64,000 bases of DNA. Source: Microcystaceae cyanobacterium. GTDB lineage: Bacteria > Cyanobacteriota > Cyanobacteriia > Cyanobacteriales > Microcystaceae. Of the stretch, positions 28,624 through 38,788 are shown in pieces. Both the position numbers and the translations under genes were made by a program. The notes under the pieces were generated by a model that was not told the DNA's origin, did no database searches, and saw only the letters and a list, made by a program, of their open reading frames with translations. The DNA is taken from contig JBGTGT010000054.1 of the NCBI GenBank assembly GCA_041746575.1, positions 1 through 64,000 on the forward strand, given 5' to 3'. Numbering within the stretch: the stretch's first letter is position 1; each line of letters opens with the position of its first letter.

Positions 28624-30711
28624 CTAATTAATCTTAATCACCTCTTTAAATTCTAAATGCTGTTCAATCTCTTGAGGCGATAACCACACCGATCGCATTT
28701 TTCCCTGAGAATAAAGGGATAATTGATCGCCTTTATGAATCGAATTCGGTTGACTGGCATTGCCATAAATCGTTAATGCTTTCGCTTCAATAGTATCGGC
28801 AAATTCCACTGCCATCATAAAGCTATCTCCCCCTACCCCTTTAAACTGTTCATCTTTCGTTCGTCCGATTTCTATCACCTGAAAACTGCCTAATCGTCCT
28901 GAAGCACCGTTAGCGGCGACATCTTGCTTTCCTTCTCGCAAATGAACAACATCACCCCAAGAAACATCTAATTTGCCGTATAATAGCTTAATTTGGGCGG
29001 CAACTCCTTCTAAAACAGCTAAGGCTGTGTTAATATCCCTTAAACCGGTAGGGGTGTTCAGAGGATCATCGGGATTCCATGGTTTTGAGAAAATTCCAGA
29101 GGATTCAAGTGTTAATGCCCATAGGGTGAATAATAAAGTTCCTTTACTATCAGGATTAGCACTTCTATCCCATTTTTGCAATACTTCCGCCGCTTCAACC
29201 CCAATGGGATTCGCTAACGCCTTGGCAGTCGGCACTAAGATAGCCAAAATCCGGTCTGCCATTTCCAGATAAGAGGTGAATTTTTGTTCAACAATTGCAT
29301 CTAAGCTAAATTTTGGGCTATTTAACAGCATTTTCAATGATCGCTGAGTTCGTAAAATACTAGAAACAGATCCTAAGTTTGAGGGGGCAAAATAAGCAGG
29401 GTAATCTTTTGGGTTCAAAATGGGCGGAAAAGTACTAGTCCAAGGAGGATCATTCGTATTTTGTAACCATCCTGTTTGAGGGTTCACCAGACGGGGTAAA
29501 TCTTTATAAGGGTGATAATCTTGCCAAAGAGTTTTAGGTGTATTCCCTGACAAGATGTCTGATGTCGTCGCCTCATTTTCGGGTCTTTGTGGGATTAATC
29601 CATGGTAAATATAGGCAATATTGCCCGTTTTATCAGCATAAAGAATATTAAATAAAGGTATCTGTAATTTACTCAAGGCCGTTTCAAATTTTTCTAAATT
29701 ACTGGCGTTTGCCATCTCCCATAATTGTTTAATGCCTCCTGAGCGATCCAAACCCGTTACCCTCAAAGCATAGGCTTTATCCCCTTTCTCCTGAATAATA
29801 ACCCCCTGAATTGAAGATTTTATGGGCAAATCGACGGTAAAATACTGATTATTTCCCTGATTGACTTTTATTTTTGCAATTTTTTCATTAAATGCTTTAG
29901 TTTTCCCTTCCCATTGATAGCCTTTTTCCTGTAAGGTTAACTCGTAAATATCTACCCCATCGATAGGATTAACCGTAATTGTCCATCCCAAGTGATCATT
30001 AAAAGCGATCGCTAACACGGGGAAACCCACTAAGGTTGCGCCATATAACTGCAAATCAGGCGTTTTGAGGTGAACTTCAACCCAGCGGTATAAATCTAAC
30101 CAAGGGACATGGGGATTTGCTAATAATAATGTATTGTTTGTGGTCGATTTTGAAGGAGCGATCGCCCAAGCATTTGAGCCTTTGTCTGAAAGCGAGGTTT
30201 GCAGCGTATTCACCTGTTGCGGGTTTGTAACGAAGTGAAAATGAATCACATTCTGCCAATGGGCTAAAATATCAACCCCAGTAATCGGTAAAACCGCTTT
30301 TAAGGAGGGATCAACGGCTTGAGGGTGTTTTTTGAGGTAATCGTTAATTCCTTGAGCAAATAAAGCTAAATTTTGGCGCATTTCTGGATTTTGTTCAGTA
30401 TACCATTGTTTAGCTCGGTCTGGAATGCCCATCGTTCTGACATACTGATCAGAGGATAGATAGGAGACACCCCAGTATTCCGCCGCCCGTCCTCTCGATT
30501 GTCCGTATAATTTAAGCAGTAAATTGCCATGATTGTACGCTTGCGCCCATCCTAGGCTATAAAATAGCTGTTTTGGGTTTTTTGCGGTGATATGGGGAAC
30601 TCCCCATTGATCCCACCTTATTTCTGTAGTATCGAGACTCTGAATCGGAAGAACAAAGGTGATTAAGAGAAAGACAATGGACAAAAAAAGGGTTAAGAAT
30701 CGAGTTTTCAC
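28624..30711 (-). CDS. Penicillin acylase family Ntn-hydrolase (acylase), secreted
   Basis: IRWDQWGVPHI; nucleophile site GSNAWAIAPSKS; LLANPH; QNTND; signal peptide. Confidence 0.9.
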   Translation of the reverse strand: MKTRFLTLFLSIVFLLITFVLPIQSLDTTEIRWDQWGVPHITAKNPKQLFYSLGWAQAYNHGNLLLKLYGQSRGRAAEYWGVSYLSSDQYVRTMGIPDRAKQWYTEQNPEMRQNLALFAQGINDYLKKHPQAVDPSLKAVLPITGVDILAHWQNVIHFHFVTNPQQVNTLQTSLSDKGSNAWAIAPSKSTTNNTLLLANPHVPWLDLYRWVEVHLKTPDLQLYGATLVGFPVLAIAFNDHLGWTITVNPIDGVDIYELTLQEKGYQWEGKTKAFNEKIAKIKVNQGNNQYFTVDLPIKSSIQGVIIQEKGDKAYALRVTGLDRSGGIKQLWEMANASNLEKFETALSKLQIPLFNILYADKTGNIAYIYHGLIPQRPENEATTSDILSGNTPKTLWQDYHPYKDLPRLVNPQTGWLQNTNDPPWTSTFPPILNPKDYPAYFAPSNLGSVSSILRTQRSLKMLLNSPKFSLDAIVEQKFTSYLEMADRILAILVPTAKALANPIGVEAAEVLQKWDRSANPDSKGTLLFTLWALTLESSGIFSKPWNPDDPLNTPTGLRDINTALAVLEGVAAQIKLLYGKLDVSWGDVVHLREGKQDVAANGASGRLGSFQVIEIGRTKDEQFKGVGGDSFMMAVEFADTIEAKALTIYGNASQPNSIHKGDQLSLYSQGKMRSVWLSPQEIEQHLEFKEVIKIN

Positions 30712-30826
30712 AAAAATTGAGCGACTTAAAGCTAATAAAAGAACTTTCTAAGGTTATAACATAATATTTTAAATATCAGTTAGTTTAAATTGAATTTTGT
30801 GGCATTACTGATTAAAGTTAGAACGT

Positions 30827-31603
30827 TTAACTGTTTGCTTCAATTTCTGAAGTCTTCAGCAATTGAATTAATTTTTGATTTAACAATTCGTAGCCTTTTT
30901 GATTAAGATGAAGTAAGTCTCTAGCGTATTCTTTTTTTACTTTCCCACTCTCTTGTAGCAAGGTATAAGCATCTAAAACACTGACATTTTTTAGGGATGT
31001 TAAAGTATAAATAAACTGGTTGACAGACTGAATTCCTGCTTCAATTTCGGGTAAGCTGGCCCAAGTGACTAGCCATTGCTGAGGGAGCGGTTGATCAGCC
31101 AGAGGAAAGAGAGTCGTTACAATAACTTTTGCTGAAATTTTTTCTGCTTTTTGAATGATCTTCAAAACATTATTTTGACAATTTATCACAATATCTTGAT
31201 AAGGAATAGCGGGCAATGGCTTCATTCGTAAATCGTTAACCCCGAATTGGACAACGATAATATTCGGTTTCAAATAACTAATATGATCTTGAAATCTTAA
31301 ATAACTTTGCCCTGTCGTTTCTCCACCGATTCCCCGATTGATGAATTCAAATCCCCTTAAGGTTGGACTGAGCCATTGTTCACTACGAGAATCCCCAAAA
31401 AAGACGACTCTTATTTTATCTTTAGTCGTTTCTGCTGTTTTATCTAAGTCTGAAGTGGGATAATACTTTAAATTAACTGGATTCACGTTCAGATCATTAA
31501 TTTTCAAATAAGCAAAATTTAATTTTTTAAACAACCAAAAGTTAAAAACAAGAGAAATAATCAATAAAGCCAAAATTAGATATCGCCACAAAAATTTTAA
31601 CAT
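30827..31603 (-). CDS. SGNH/GDSL hydrolase with N-terminal membrane anchor
   Basis: VVFFGDS, NRGIGG, GVND, DLLHLN. Confidence 0.88.
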   Translation of the reverse strand: MLKFLWRYLILALLIISLVFNFWLFKKLNFAYLKINDLNVNPVNLKYYPTSDLDKTAETTKDKIRVVFFGDSRSEQWLSPTLRGFEFINRGIGGETTGQSYLRFQDHISYLKPNIIVVQFGVNDLRMKPLPAIPYQDIVINCQNNVLKIIQKAEKISAKVIVTTLFPLADQPLPQQWLVTWASLPEIEAGIQSVNQFIYTLTSLKNVSVLDAYTLLQESGKVKKEYARDLLHLNQKGYELLNQKLIQLLKTSEIEANS

Positions 31604-31876
31604 ATTGTTCTTTTTAAACTATTTAATCTTTAATTATAAATTTAGTTTTAAATAATAGAAAACTAACACAAACCCAGTAAAAATAAAACAACTATATTAC
31701 GTTTTGCCAATAATTGATTGAAAAAAAATCAGGAACAGAGATGAGTGATTGCTCATTGATTGAGATAAATATATCATAACAATAGGCATTAAAGTTGCGA
31801 TAAATTCAACTCAAAACGAGAATTTCTATGCTTTATTTTGTTATATTAACGGTTAGCGATTGATCGATTCACTGTT

Positions 31877-32770
31877 ATGATATCCCCATCTTCCTCTCAA
31901 TCTAAATCTACCCTATGGACAGTTATTCGCCTATTGCGCTGGGATAAGCCTGCTGGAAGGTTGATTTTGATGATTCCTGCCCTGTGGGGTGTTTTTTTAG
32001 CGGCAAAGGCTACGCCTCCCCTTCCCCTCGTGGGAGTTATTATTTTAGGCACATTGGCCACCAGTGCGGCAGGATGTGTTATTAATGACCTATGGGATCG
32101 TGACATTGACCCGCAAGTAGAAAGAACGCGTCAGCGTCCCCTTGCTTCTCGCACTTTATCGGTGAAAGTCGGCATTATTATTGCCTTAATAGCCTTCGTT
32201 TGTGCGTTAACCTTAGCCTTTTACCTTAATCCTTTCAGTAATCCCTTATGTTTTGCATTATGTGTGACTGCTGTTCCATTGATTATCGGTTATCCGCTAG
32301 CCAAGCGTTTTTTTGCCATTCCTCAGCTTTTTCTCTCCGTTGCTTGGGGATTTGCCGTTTTAATTAGTTGGACGGCTGTAACAGGGCAATTAACTGAAGC
32401 GGCTTGGGTATTATGGGGGGCAACCCTCTGCTGGACACTGGGATTTGATACGATTTATGCCATGTCAGATCGGGAAGATGATGCTAAATTAGGGATTAAT
32501 TCAAGTGCGTTATTTTTTGGTCAATATGCCCCTGAAGCAGTCGGGGTTTGTTTTGCCAGCACTATCGCTTTATTTGCGTATTTAGGTACGATTACCCCTT
32601 TTAATGGTTTATTTTGGGTGGCTTGGGCATTATCGGTTGTGCTTTGGGTATCTCAGTATATCAAACTGATGCAACCCAATTTATCCAGAGAAGTGTACGG
32701 TCAACTTTTTGGTCAAAATGTGATCATTGGGTTTATTTTATTAGCAGGAATAATTATCGGTTTGCAGTGA
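31877..32770 (+). CDS. ubiA: 4-hydroxybenzoate solanesyl/polyprenyltransferase (PlqA/UbiA)
   Basis: LLRWDKPAG, GCVINDLWDRDIDPQVERTRQRPLAS, DTIYAMSDREDD. Confidence 0.93.
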   Translation: MISPSSSQSKSTLWTVIRLLRWDKPAGRLILMIPALWGVFLAAKATPPLPLVGVIILGTLATSAAGCVINDLWDRDIDPQVERTRQRPLASRTLSVKVGIIIALIAFVCALTLAFYLNPFSNPLCFALCVTAVPLIIGYPLAKRFFAIPQLFLSVAWGFAVLISWTAVTGQLTEAAWVLWGATLCWTLGFDTIYAMSDREDDAKLGINSSALFFGQYAPEAVGVCFASTIALFAYLGTITPFNGLFWVAWALSVVLWVSQYIKLMQPNLSREVYGQLFGQNVIIGFILLAGIIIGLQ

Positions 32771-32885
32771 AGTACCCCACCGTGTAGATGGGGCGCACTT
32801 TCGCTCAAGGCGTTATTGTCTTGATACACTGTGTTTCAACTGTTTCTTTAGGCGTAGATTTGGACAATTCTTGATAAAACACTAA

Positions 32886-33986
32886 TCAGGTTGACGGTCT
32901 ACTAGAAATTACCGCTAAGACAGCCAAAAACCCATTAATCAGGTAAAATGTGCCAACAATTTGGGTTTCCGTCCACCCACTCAATTCTAAATGATGGTGT
33001 AGCGGTGCCATTTTGAATAACCGTTTCCCTTTGCCTTCCGCGTCTTTCGTCGCTTTGTAATAGCTGACTTGGGCAATCACCGAGAGAGATTCAAGGAAAA
33101 ATAAGCCGCTCACTAAAAATAAGCCCCATAATTGCCCACTGAGGACACCAACTGCCCCCAATGCTCCCCCCAGTGCTAAAGACCCTGTATCCCCCATAAA
33201 AACCCTTGCAGGGTTGCGATTATGCCCAATAAAACCAAAACAGCCCCCCGTCATACAAAGACAGAATAGGGCTAAATTCGGTGAGTTTGGAAAGACCAAT
33301 GCGGCCATTCCTAAGAAAGCAAGGGCGCAAGTGCCACCGGCTAAGCCATCTACACCATCCGTTAGGTTAGTGGCGTTACTCTCAGCAACAAGGATAAATC
33401 CGGCTAAAACCCAGTAAAATAAGCCCAATGGTATAATAATTTTCAAGGGGAAAGCAAGGGTGGTCAAATTAGGCGATTGATGCCAAAAGACCCAAATACA
33501 GAAGGCAACACCGATAAGAATCTGTAAAATTAACTTCATACGGGGTGAAATGCCCTTATTGGACTGTTGACGCAGAATCTGCCAGTCATCGTACCAACCA
33601 ATCCCCATATAAGCAAGCGTGACTAAGCAAATCGCCACCACATCAAGATTGCCCTTGGTAACCAGTAAAGCAGTGGCAACGGCCACAGGAATAAAGAAAA
33701 TTCCCCCCATGGTCGGTGTTCCGGCTTTTTTAAGGTGGGTTTGGGGGCCATCTTCTTGGATAACTTGACCCGCTTTAACCCGTTGTAACCAAGGAACTAT
33801 CATAACGCCTAAAAGGCCACTCACCCCACTGGTAACCGCCATCACAAGCAACCATTGAGTGAGGGAAGTTTCGGGGGTAATTTGGCTAAAAAAGAGCGTC
33901 AATAAGCCAATGAGTCCCCCTAACAGCCCAAATAACTGCTTTCCGGTCGGGGATTTTAGAGCATTTGGGGCAAATTTAGCGTCCAC
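32886..33986 (-). CDS. mraY: Phospho-N-acetylmuramoyl-pentapeptide transferase
   Basis: KAGTPTMGG, WYDDW, NATNLTDGVDGLA, VFMGDTGS, FKMAPLHHHLE; likely GTG start 33986. Confidence 0.96.
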   Translation of the reverse strand: MDAKFAPNALKSPTGKQLFGLLGGLIGLLTLFFSQITPETSLTQWLLVMAVTSGVSGLLGVMIVPWLQRVKAGQVIQEDGPQTHLKKAGTPTMGGIFFIPVAVATALLVTKGNLDVVAICLVTLAYMGIGWYDDWQILRQQSNKGISPRMKLILQILIGVAFCIWVFWHQSPNLTTLAFPLKIIIPLGLFYWVLAGFILVAESNATNLTDGVDGLAGGTCALAFLGMAALVFPNSPNLALFCLCMTGGCFGFIGHNRNPARVFMGDTGSLALGGALGAVGVLSGQLWGLFLVSGLFFLESLSVIAQVSYYKATKDAEGKGKRLFKMAPLHHHLELSGWTETQIVGTFYLINGFLAVLAVISSRPST

Positions 33987-34045
33987 GAGTTCCTCACACA
34001 ATTGTTTTGCAGATAAGACGTAGCAAGGCAACCTTTAGTTACCGA

Positions 34046-34291
34046 TTAACCCTCTTCTTCTAGGGTGAGATCATCATCATCATCATCACCATCACTATAT
34101 ATCGTATCGTCATTGTCAATAAAATCGGATAAATCCACATCTTCAGCGTTGGTCTCCTCCTTTTCAACTTTATCGCGGGGGATTAAGCGGTTGGTCTCAA
34201 TTAACCAATCAATTAGGGATGTACCTGTTTTGACGGGAATGACCGAGGCAGGTTCATAGCGCGCTTCTTGGGTAACGGAAGGATTGTACAT
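34046..34291 (-). CDS. DUF3134 family protein
   Basis: NPSV..EARYEPA.VIP...SLIDWL..TNRL.PRD with acidic tail; upstream of mraY. Confidence 0.8.
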   Translation of the reverse strand: MYNPSVTQEARYEPASVIPVKTGTSLIDWLIETNRLIPRDKVEKEETNAEDVDLSDFIDNDDTIYSDGDDDDDDLTLEEEG

Positions 34292-34365
34292 AACTTGAGG
34301 TTAAGGTTTGACGGATTAACTCGGATATTTTGAGTTTAGCATTCTCTCTTGTCATTGCCGAGTGC

Positions 34366-34953
34366 CTAATTTGAAACAATTTCGCTATTGAATTCATTCA
34401 CGATTCGTCGTCTTAGTTTAGTAGATTCGGAACGAGGCAATAAATCAAAGACTTCTCGCAAAACATCATCTGTATTTTCGTATTTTGATTGTCCTTGTTC
34501 ATTGAAGACCACTTTTCCCTTTTGATTGAGAATGACAGTTTGAGGAATGCCTTTTTGAGCATAATAGTATCCCACTTCATCTTTTTGATAGGAGGATTTG
34601 ACAGGGATAGAATCTATAGTTACAGGAATGATACTGGCAGCTTTGCCATAAAATTCTTGTAAACGAGAGACAACGGGCGCATATTGCTTACAATCGCTAC
34701 AATCATCTACATAATAAACAATTATAGCAGGTCTTTCTCGTTTTAAGGATTCCGCTAAATCAAGACGGGGTGGCACGAGAGACCCATTGCCTGCATAAAC
34801 GACAAAAATATTACCATCGAGTCTGTCGTCGTCAATAGCAGCAAAAGCAGGAAAATGAAAGCCAAATAAGCTATATAATAGGATAATCGTCACCAAGAAT
34901 CCGTTTAAAATCCACTTTATTCGATTTCCGCATGAATTTAATTGAGTGTTCAT
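34366..34953 (-). CDS. Thioredoxin-like thylakoid protein (photosystem I accumulation factor family)
   Basis: DDRLDGNIFVVYAGNGSLVPP, YYVDDCSDCKQYA, PQTVILNQKG. Confidence 0.8.
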   Translation of the reverse strand: MNTQLNSCGNRIKWILNGFLVTIILLYSLFGFHFPAFAAIDDDRLDGNIFVVYAGNGSLVPPRLDLAESLKRERPAIIVYYVDDCSDCKQYAPVVSRLQEFYGKAASIIPVTIDSIPVKSSYQKDEVGYYYAQKGIPQTVILNQKGKVVFNEQGQSKYENTDDVLREVFDLLPRSESTKLRRRIVNEFNSEIVSN

Positions 34954-35027
34954 AAATTATTAACCTAAGGTCAGATAACTCCGTTAAAATAAAGGGTCAG
35001 TGTGCATCGTGTCGGCCTTGCTGAATC

Positions 35028-35474
35028 ATGGATAATCAAACCCAGACTCAATCAACCACCAGACCATTGCCTGCCGAAATTCGGATCGCCAATAGTTATT
35101 ATGCTATCTTAGGGGTCTATCCGTCCGCATCACCCATTCAAATTCGTCAAGCTTACCGTCAGTTAAGCAAAAAGTACCATCCTGATACCACTTGTCTTTC
35201 TTCGGAAGTAGCAACCGTCAAATTTCAGAAACTGAATGAAGCGTATGGCGTTTTAAGCAATCCTGAGCGGCGATCGCTGTATGATCTTAAAATCGGTTAT
35301 TCTCGCTACAATGTCATTCAACCTCGTTTAGAAGATTCAGCCTATACCCATGATAGTGCGTATCTTGACCCCACCGATCGCCCTCTATCGGGTGGTGAAA
35401 TATTTGCGTTAATGTTATTGGGCGCAACGTTTGTGGGATGCTTATTATTAGCGATGATTTTAGCTTTTAGGTAG
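35028..35474 (+). CDS. J-domain (DnaJ class III) membrane protein
   Basis: YYAILG, AYRQLSKKYHPD, LNEAY.VLS; C-terminal TM. Confidence 0.9.
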   Translation: MDNQTQTQSTTRPLPAEIRIANSYYAILGVYPSASPIQIRQAYRQLSKKYHPDTTCLSSEVATVKFQKLNEAYGVLSNPERRSLYDLKIGYSRYNVIQPRLEDSAYTHDSAYLDPTDRPLSGGEIFALMLLGATFVGCLLLAMILAFR

Positions 35475-35610
35475 GAGAATCAAGAGAGTTCGCGAGTCAT
35501 TAATAAAGCATAATTAATCATCGTCTCAGGTTAGAAAAAGAAGCTTCCGATAAATAGTGAGAAATTATTTGGTAAAATGAGATTATTATTCATTTATTTT
35601 ATTAAATCCG

Positions 35611-35895
35611 ATGTTAACGGCAATGAAGTTTCCTTCTCCTGATACTCCCCTTTACAACCATTCCCTTCCGGCAATTGAAAAATGGTTATCTCAACTGGGG
35701 TGTCAACAAAACGCAGAAAATTTGAGCTGTTGGACCGTTCAACGAATCAATTGGCAAGCAGAAATTATTTTAGAAACTGAAGAAATCGTGGTATCTTATC
35801 TAAAAGCTGGGGCAGATGGTAGTGATATTTATCGGGCATTTAAATATTCTTTAAGTCGCAAAGATGTAGAGGATGCTATTTTTGCAGGCCCTTGA
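35611..35895 (+). CDS. DUF3143 family protein
   Basis: TPLYNHSLPAIEKWL, FKYSLSRKDVEDAIFAGP. Confidence 0.85.
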   Translation: MLTAMKFPSPDTPLYNHSLPAIEKWLSQLGCQQNAENLSCWTVQRINWQAEIILETEEIVVSYLKAGADGSDIYRAFKYSLSRKDVEDAIFAGP

Positions 35896-35915
35896 TTTTT
35901 GGAAGGTTTCCACTG

Positions 35916-36731
35916 ATGACTTACTGGTATGACGGTCAACTCATTGAAGAGGATAAAATTGTCTTAGAAATAACTCATCTAGGCTTAATTTATGGGGCAA
36001 ATACTTTTACAACCTTGCGAATTTATAACCAGCAATTAAACCATCCTTTAACCCATTGGTCAGCTCATCTCAATCGTTTAAAAAACAGTTTAAAAACCTT
36101 TGGCTGGTCTTTTAATCATTGGTCAAGATTACAAACAGAAGTCGAAATTTTAGGACAAACTTATCCAATACTTAGAATCGTCATTTTTCCAGATGAAAAA
36201 GAATGGATAACGGGACGATATTTAACCAATAATTTAAGTCAATTGCAACAACAAGGGGTTAGAGGATGGGTTGCCCAAGATAGACTGTTTGCGCGTTCAT
36301 TAGAAAGTCACAAAACGGGCAATTATCTAGGGGCATGGTTAGCTTTGCAGAAAGCACAGGAGTATGACGCAAGAGAAGGAATTTTAGTAGATTCTCATCA
36401 AAATTGGTTAGAAAGCTGCACTGGTAATTTATGGGGATGGAAAGCAGGAAAATGGTACACTCCTAACGTCAATTCGATTTTACCCGGCATTGTGCGATCG
36501 CATTTAATAACATGGTTAAATCAGAACAAGATTCCTGTCGTCGAAAATCAATGGACACCCAAATTTATCCAAGATTTAGACTCGATTGCTTATAGTAATT
36601 GTGGGGTTGAAGTCATCCCTTTTAGTCAAATTATTAATGGAGATAAAGTTCACTTATTTGATCCTTCTCACCCTCGTTTGCAAGATTTATTTTCTTATTT
36701 TCAAGTTTATCACTCAGAACAATTTTTATAA
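35916..36731 (+). CDS. Class IV aminotransferase / 4-amino-4-deoxychorismate lyase-like
   Basis: YGA..FTTLR, HL.RL, HKTGNY, E..TGNL, ILPGIVR. Confidence 0.85.
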   Translation: MTYWYDGQLIEEDKIVLEITHLGLIYGANTFTTLRIYNQQLNHPLTHWSAHLNRLKNSLKTFGWSFNHWSRLQTEVEILGQTYPILRIVIFPDEKEWITGRYLTNNLSQLQQQGVRGWVAQDRLFARSLESHKTGNYLGAWLALQKAQEYDAREGILVDSHQNWLESCTGNLWGWKAGKWYTPNVNSILPGIVRSHLITWLNQNKIPVVENQWTPKFIQDLDSIAYSNCGVEVIPFSQIINGDKVHLFDPSHPRLQDLFSYFQVYHSEQFL

Positions 36732-36756
36732 TCATTCAAACAAACTAGCAATATTC

Positions 36757-37527
36757 TTAACCTTTATACCACGCAGAGGCGGTTTCTGTTCCTTTATTGG
36801 TGGGTTGATGAAAAGTATAGCTTAGCCAAGTGATAGGACTTAAAGCAAGACACAAAGCCTCTCGTTTGAAGGGGGATAAATGGGAAAAAGCGACATCATG
36901 GCAAAGAACAGTTATCGGATTAATAAAAGTTGCAATTTTTTGGCAAGGCAAATCTATCAGCATTTTGAGTTCATCTAAAGTATAGCCCCGTCTAACATGA
37001 CCCCATTCTTGCATCATATCGGTATCTTCAGGACACCAATTTTTCATAAACTTATAGTAGGGAAAACGCCAGTTTTCATTAGGAGTACTCACTAAAATAA
37101 ATCCGTTGGGTTTCAATACCCTTTTTGCTTCAAAAATTGCTTTTTCATGGTCGGAAATATGTTCAAGAACATCAAACATGGTGATAGCATCAAAAGACTC
37201 ATTTTCAAAAGGTAATTGAGTAGCATCTCCACAGACAAATTTAATATTTTCCTGTTGATTGCACGGTGCATTTCCATAGTCTGGATTAAAGTCCAAATTA
37301 GTAATTTTTGCTTGAGGATAAAGCAGAGAAGTTAATCCACTTTTCCCACCTCCCACTTCTAAAATATTTTGAAAGGACTGAGCCGGAGAAATACGATAAA
37401 TGGCTCGCATTTTTTCTCGGTAAAAAAAGCCTTGTGTTAAAGGATGTGGGAAAGGATTATGGCTCAAAAATTGAGAAAGAGACGTTTTATAGATTGTCAT
37501 ATTATTTTGAGGCTTTAAATTTATCAT
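36757..37527 (-). CDS. Class I SAM-dependent methyltransferase (polysaccharide cluster)
   Basis: ILEVGGG, GDATQLPF..ESFD, FDVLEHI, RVLKPNG..VSTPN. Confidence 0.88.
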   Translation of the reverse strand: MINLKPQNNMTIYKTSLSQFLSHNPFPHPLTQGFFYREKMRAIYRISPAQSFQNILEVGGGKSGLTSLLYPQAKITNLDFNPDYGNAPCNQQENIKFVCGDATQLPFENESFDAITMFDVLEHISDHEKAIFEAKRVLKPNGFILVSTPNENWRFPYYKFMKNWCPEDTDMMQEWGHVRRGYTLDELKMLIDLPCQKIATFINPITVLCHDVAFSHLSPFKREALCLALSPITWLSYTFHQPTNKGTETASAWYKG

Positions 37528-37528
37528 A

Positions 37529-38773
37529 TTATTTTGTCTGACGATGACGTAAGTAAAAAAAGATTCCTGCTAAACATCCCATAACTTCAGAAACTAAGGT
37601 TTTTTGTTTTAGTCCAAATCCGTAAAACAATCCTGCCATTAAAACGTTGAAATAATGTTTCGGTAAATCATAAAAGAGTCGATAAAGATTGCCCCAATGG
37701 TGATAGCGATCATACTGAATTAACAAAGCAGTTACATGTCCCCTCATATAATGATACATCTGATGGTTCAAATCAGTCATGTCTCGACGATGATAGTGAA
37801 AAACGACTGCTGTAGGTTCATAAAGGCAAATTCCCCCTTCTGCAAGGATACGATACCACATTTCAGAATCTTCACTACAGCCTGATGCCCCTGCCCCCAA
37901 TCTTTCGTCAAAATTGCCCACTTTCTCTAATATTTGCCGACGAAACGCCATATTTGCTCCTGCACCCATGCGCCAAACAGGAACGCCAAAAGACTGATCA
38001 CGAGCAAAGAAAGCGTCATCAAAAAGTTTAGCTTGGTATTCTCCATGAATACTACTGTGATTCATTTCAAAAATGACTTGAGAATCCGTTTCGAGTTCAC
38101 CTGGCAAGATTAATCCCGTTACCGCCATAATATGAGGATTTCTAAAAGCAGATTGAAGGCTGATCATCCAGTTAGGATGAATCCTAACATCATCATCCGT
38201 AAAAGCAATCAGATCGCCCGTTGTGTGCTGAATCCCCGTATTTCTGGCCATACTTAAGCCAGGATGTGGCTCACAGATATAACGAATTTCTGGCATTTGA
38301 GCAACTAATTGGGCAGTTAATTGATTTTTAGGGGCATTATCTACGACCAGAACTTCATGAGGTGCAACAGCTAAGTTTTGCAAGGATTTAAGACAGTCTT
38401 CTAGCTGCTTAGGGCGATCGCGCGTACAAATAACGAGCGAAACAGTGGGTAAGGTTTTCTCAACATCATTTGAGGCTAAAGAGGGGTTTTGAAGGGTTTC
38501 TAAGGGGTTTTTAAGATCAATAAGAGACTGCCAAGTTGGTTCGGCGAATAACCGCGATTGAACGGTTGGTATGATGGATTGTGCCACCTGATAGGTTAAT
38601 TGACTTGAGGATAGCGGTAATTGATCCTTAGAAATCATAATATGACCTAAAGGAAGATCGTGCCACCAAAATACTAAATAAATACCTTGATAGGCACAAT
38701 CAGCAGAGAGGTTAGGGATGCCTTGACTCAGATCAAGGTGGAGAACTTGCCAAGGAGCAGTGATCATGGGCAA
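37529..38773 (-). CDS. GT2 glycosyltransferase with extra N-terminal module
   Basis: VICTRDR, VVDNAP, AFTDDD, GAGANMAFRR, SEDSE. Confidence 0.9.
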   Translation of the reverse strand: MPMITAPWQVLHLDLSQGIPNLSADCAYQGIYLVFWWHDLPLGHIMISKDQLPLSSSQLTYQVAQSIIPTVQSRLFAEPTWQSLIDLKNPLETLQNPSLASNDVEKTLPTVSLVICTRDRPKQLEDCLKSLQNLAVAPHEVLVVDNAPKNQLTAQLVAQMPEIRYICEPHPGLSMARNTGIQHTTGDLIAFTDDDVRIHPNWMISLQSAFRNPHIMAVTGLILPGELETDSQVIFEMNHSSIHGEYQAKLFDDAFFARDQSFGVPVWRMGAGANMAFRRQILEKVGNFDERLGAGASGCSEDSEMWYRILAEGGICLYEPTAVVFHYHRRDMTDLNHQMYHYMRGHVTALLIQYDRYHHWGNLYRLFYDLPKHYFNVLMAGLFYGFGLKQKTLVSEVMGCLAGIFFYLRHRQTK

Positions 38774-38788
38774 AATTTTTGATGTTGG

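Noticed and set aside
32770..32800. Hairpin AAGTACCCCA...TGGGGCGCACTT after ubiA, loosely like an IS200/IS605 end
   Set aside because: Short, imperfect and with no transposase nearby; cannot be told apart from a terminator-like hairpin between convergent genes.
34070..34095. (TCA)n trinucleotide run
   Set aside because: Simply encodes the poly-Asp tail of the DUF3134 protein.
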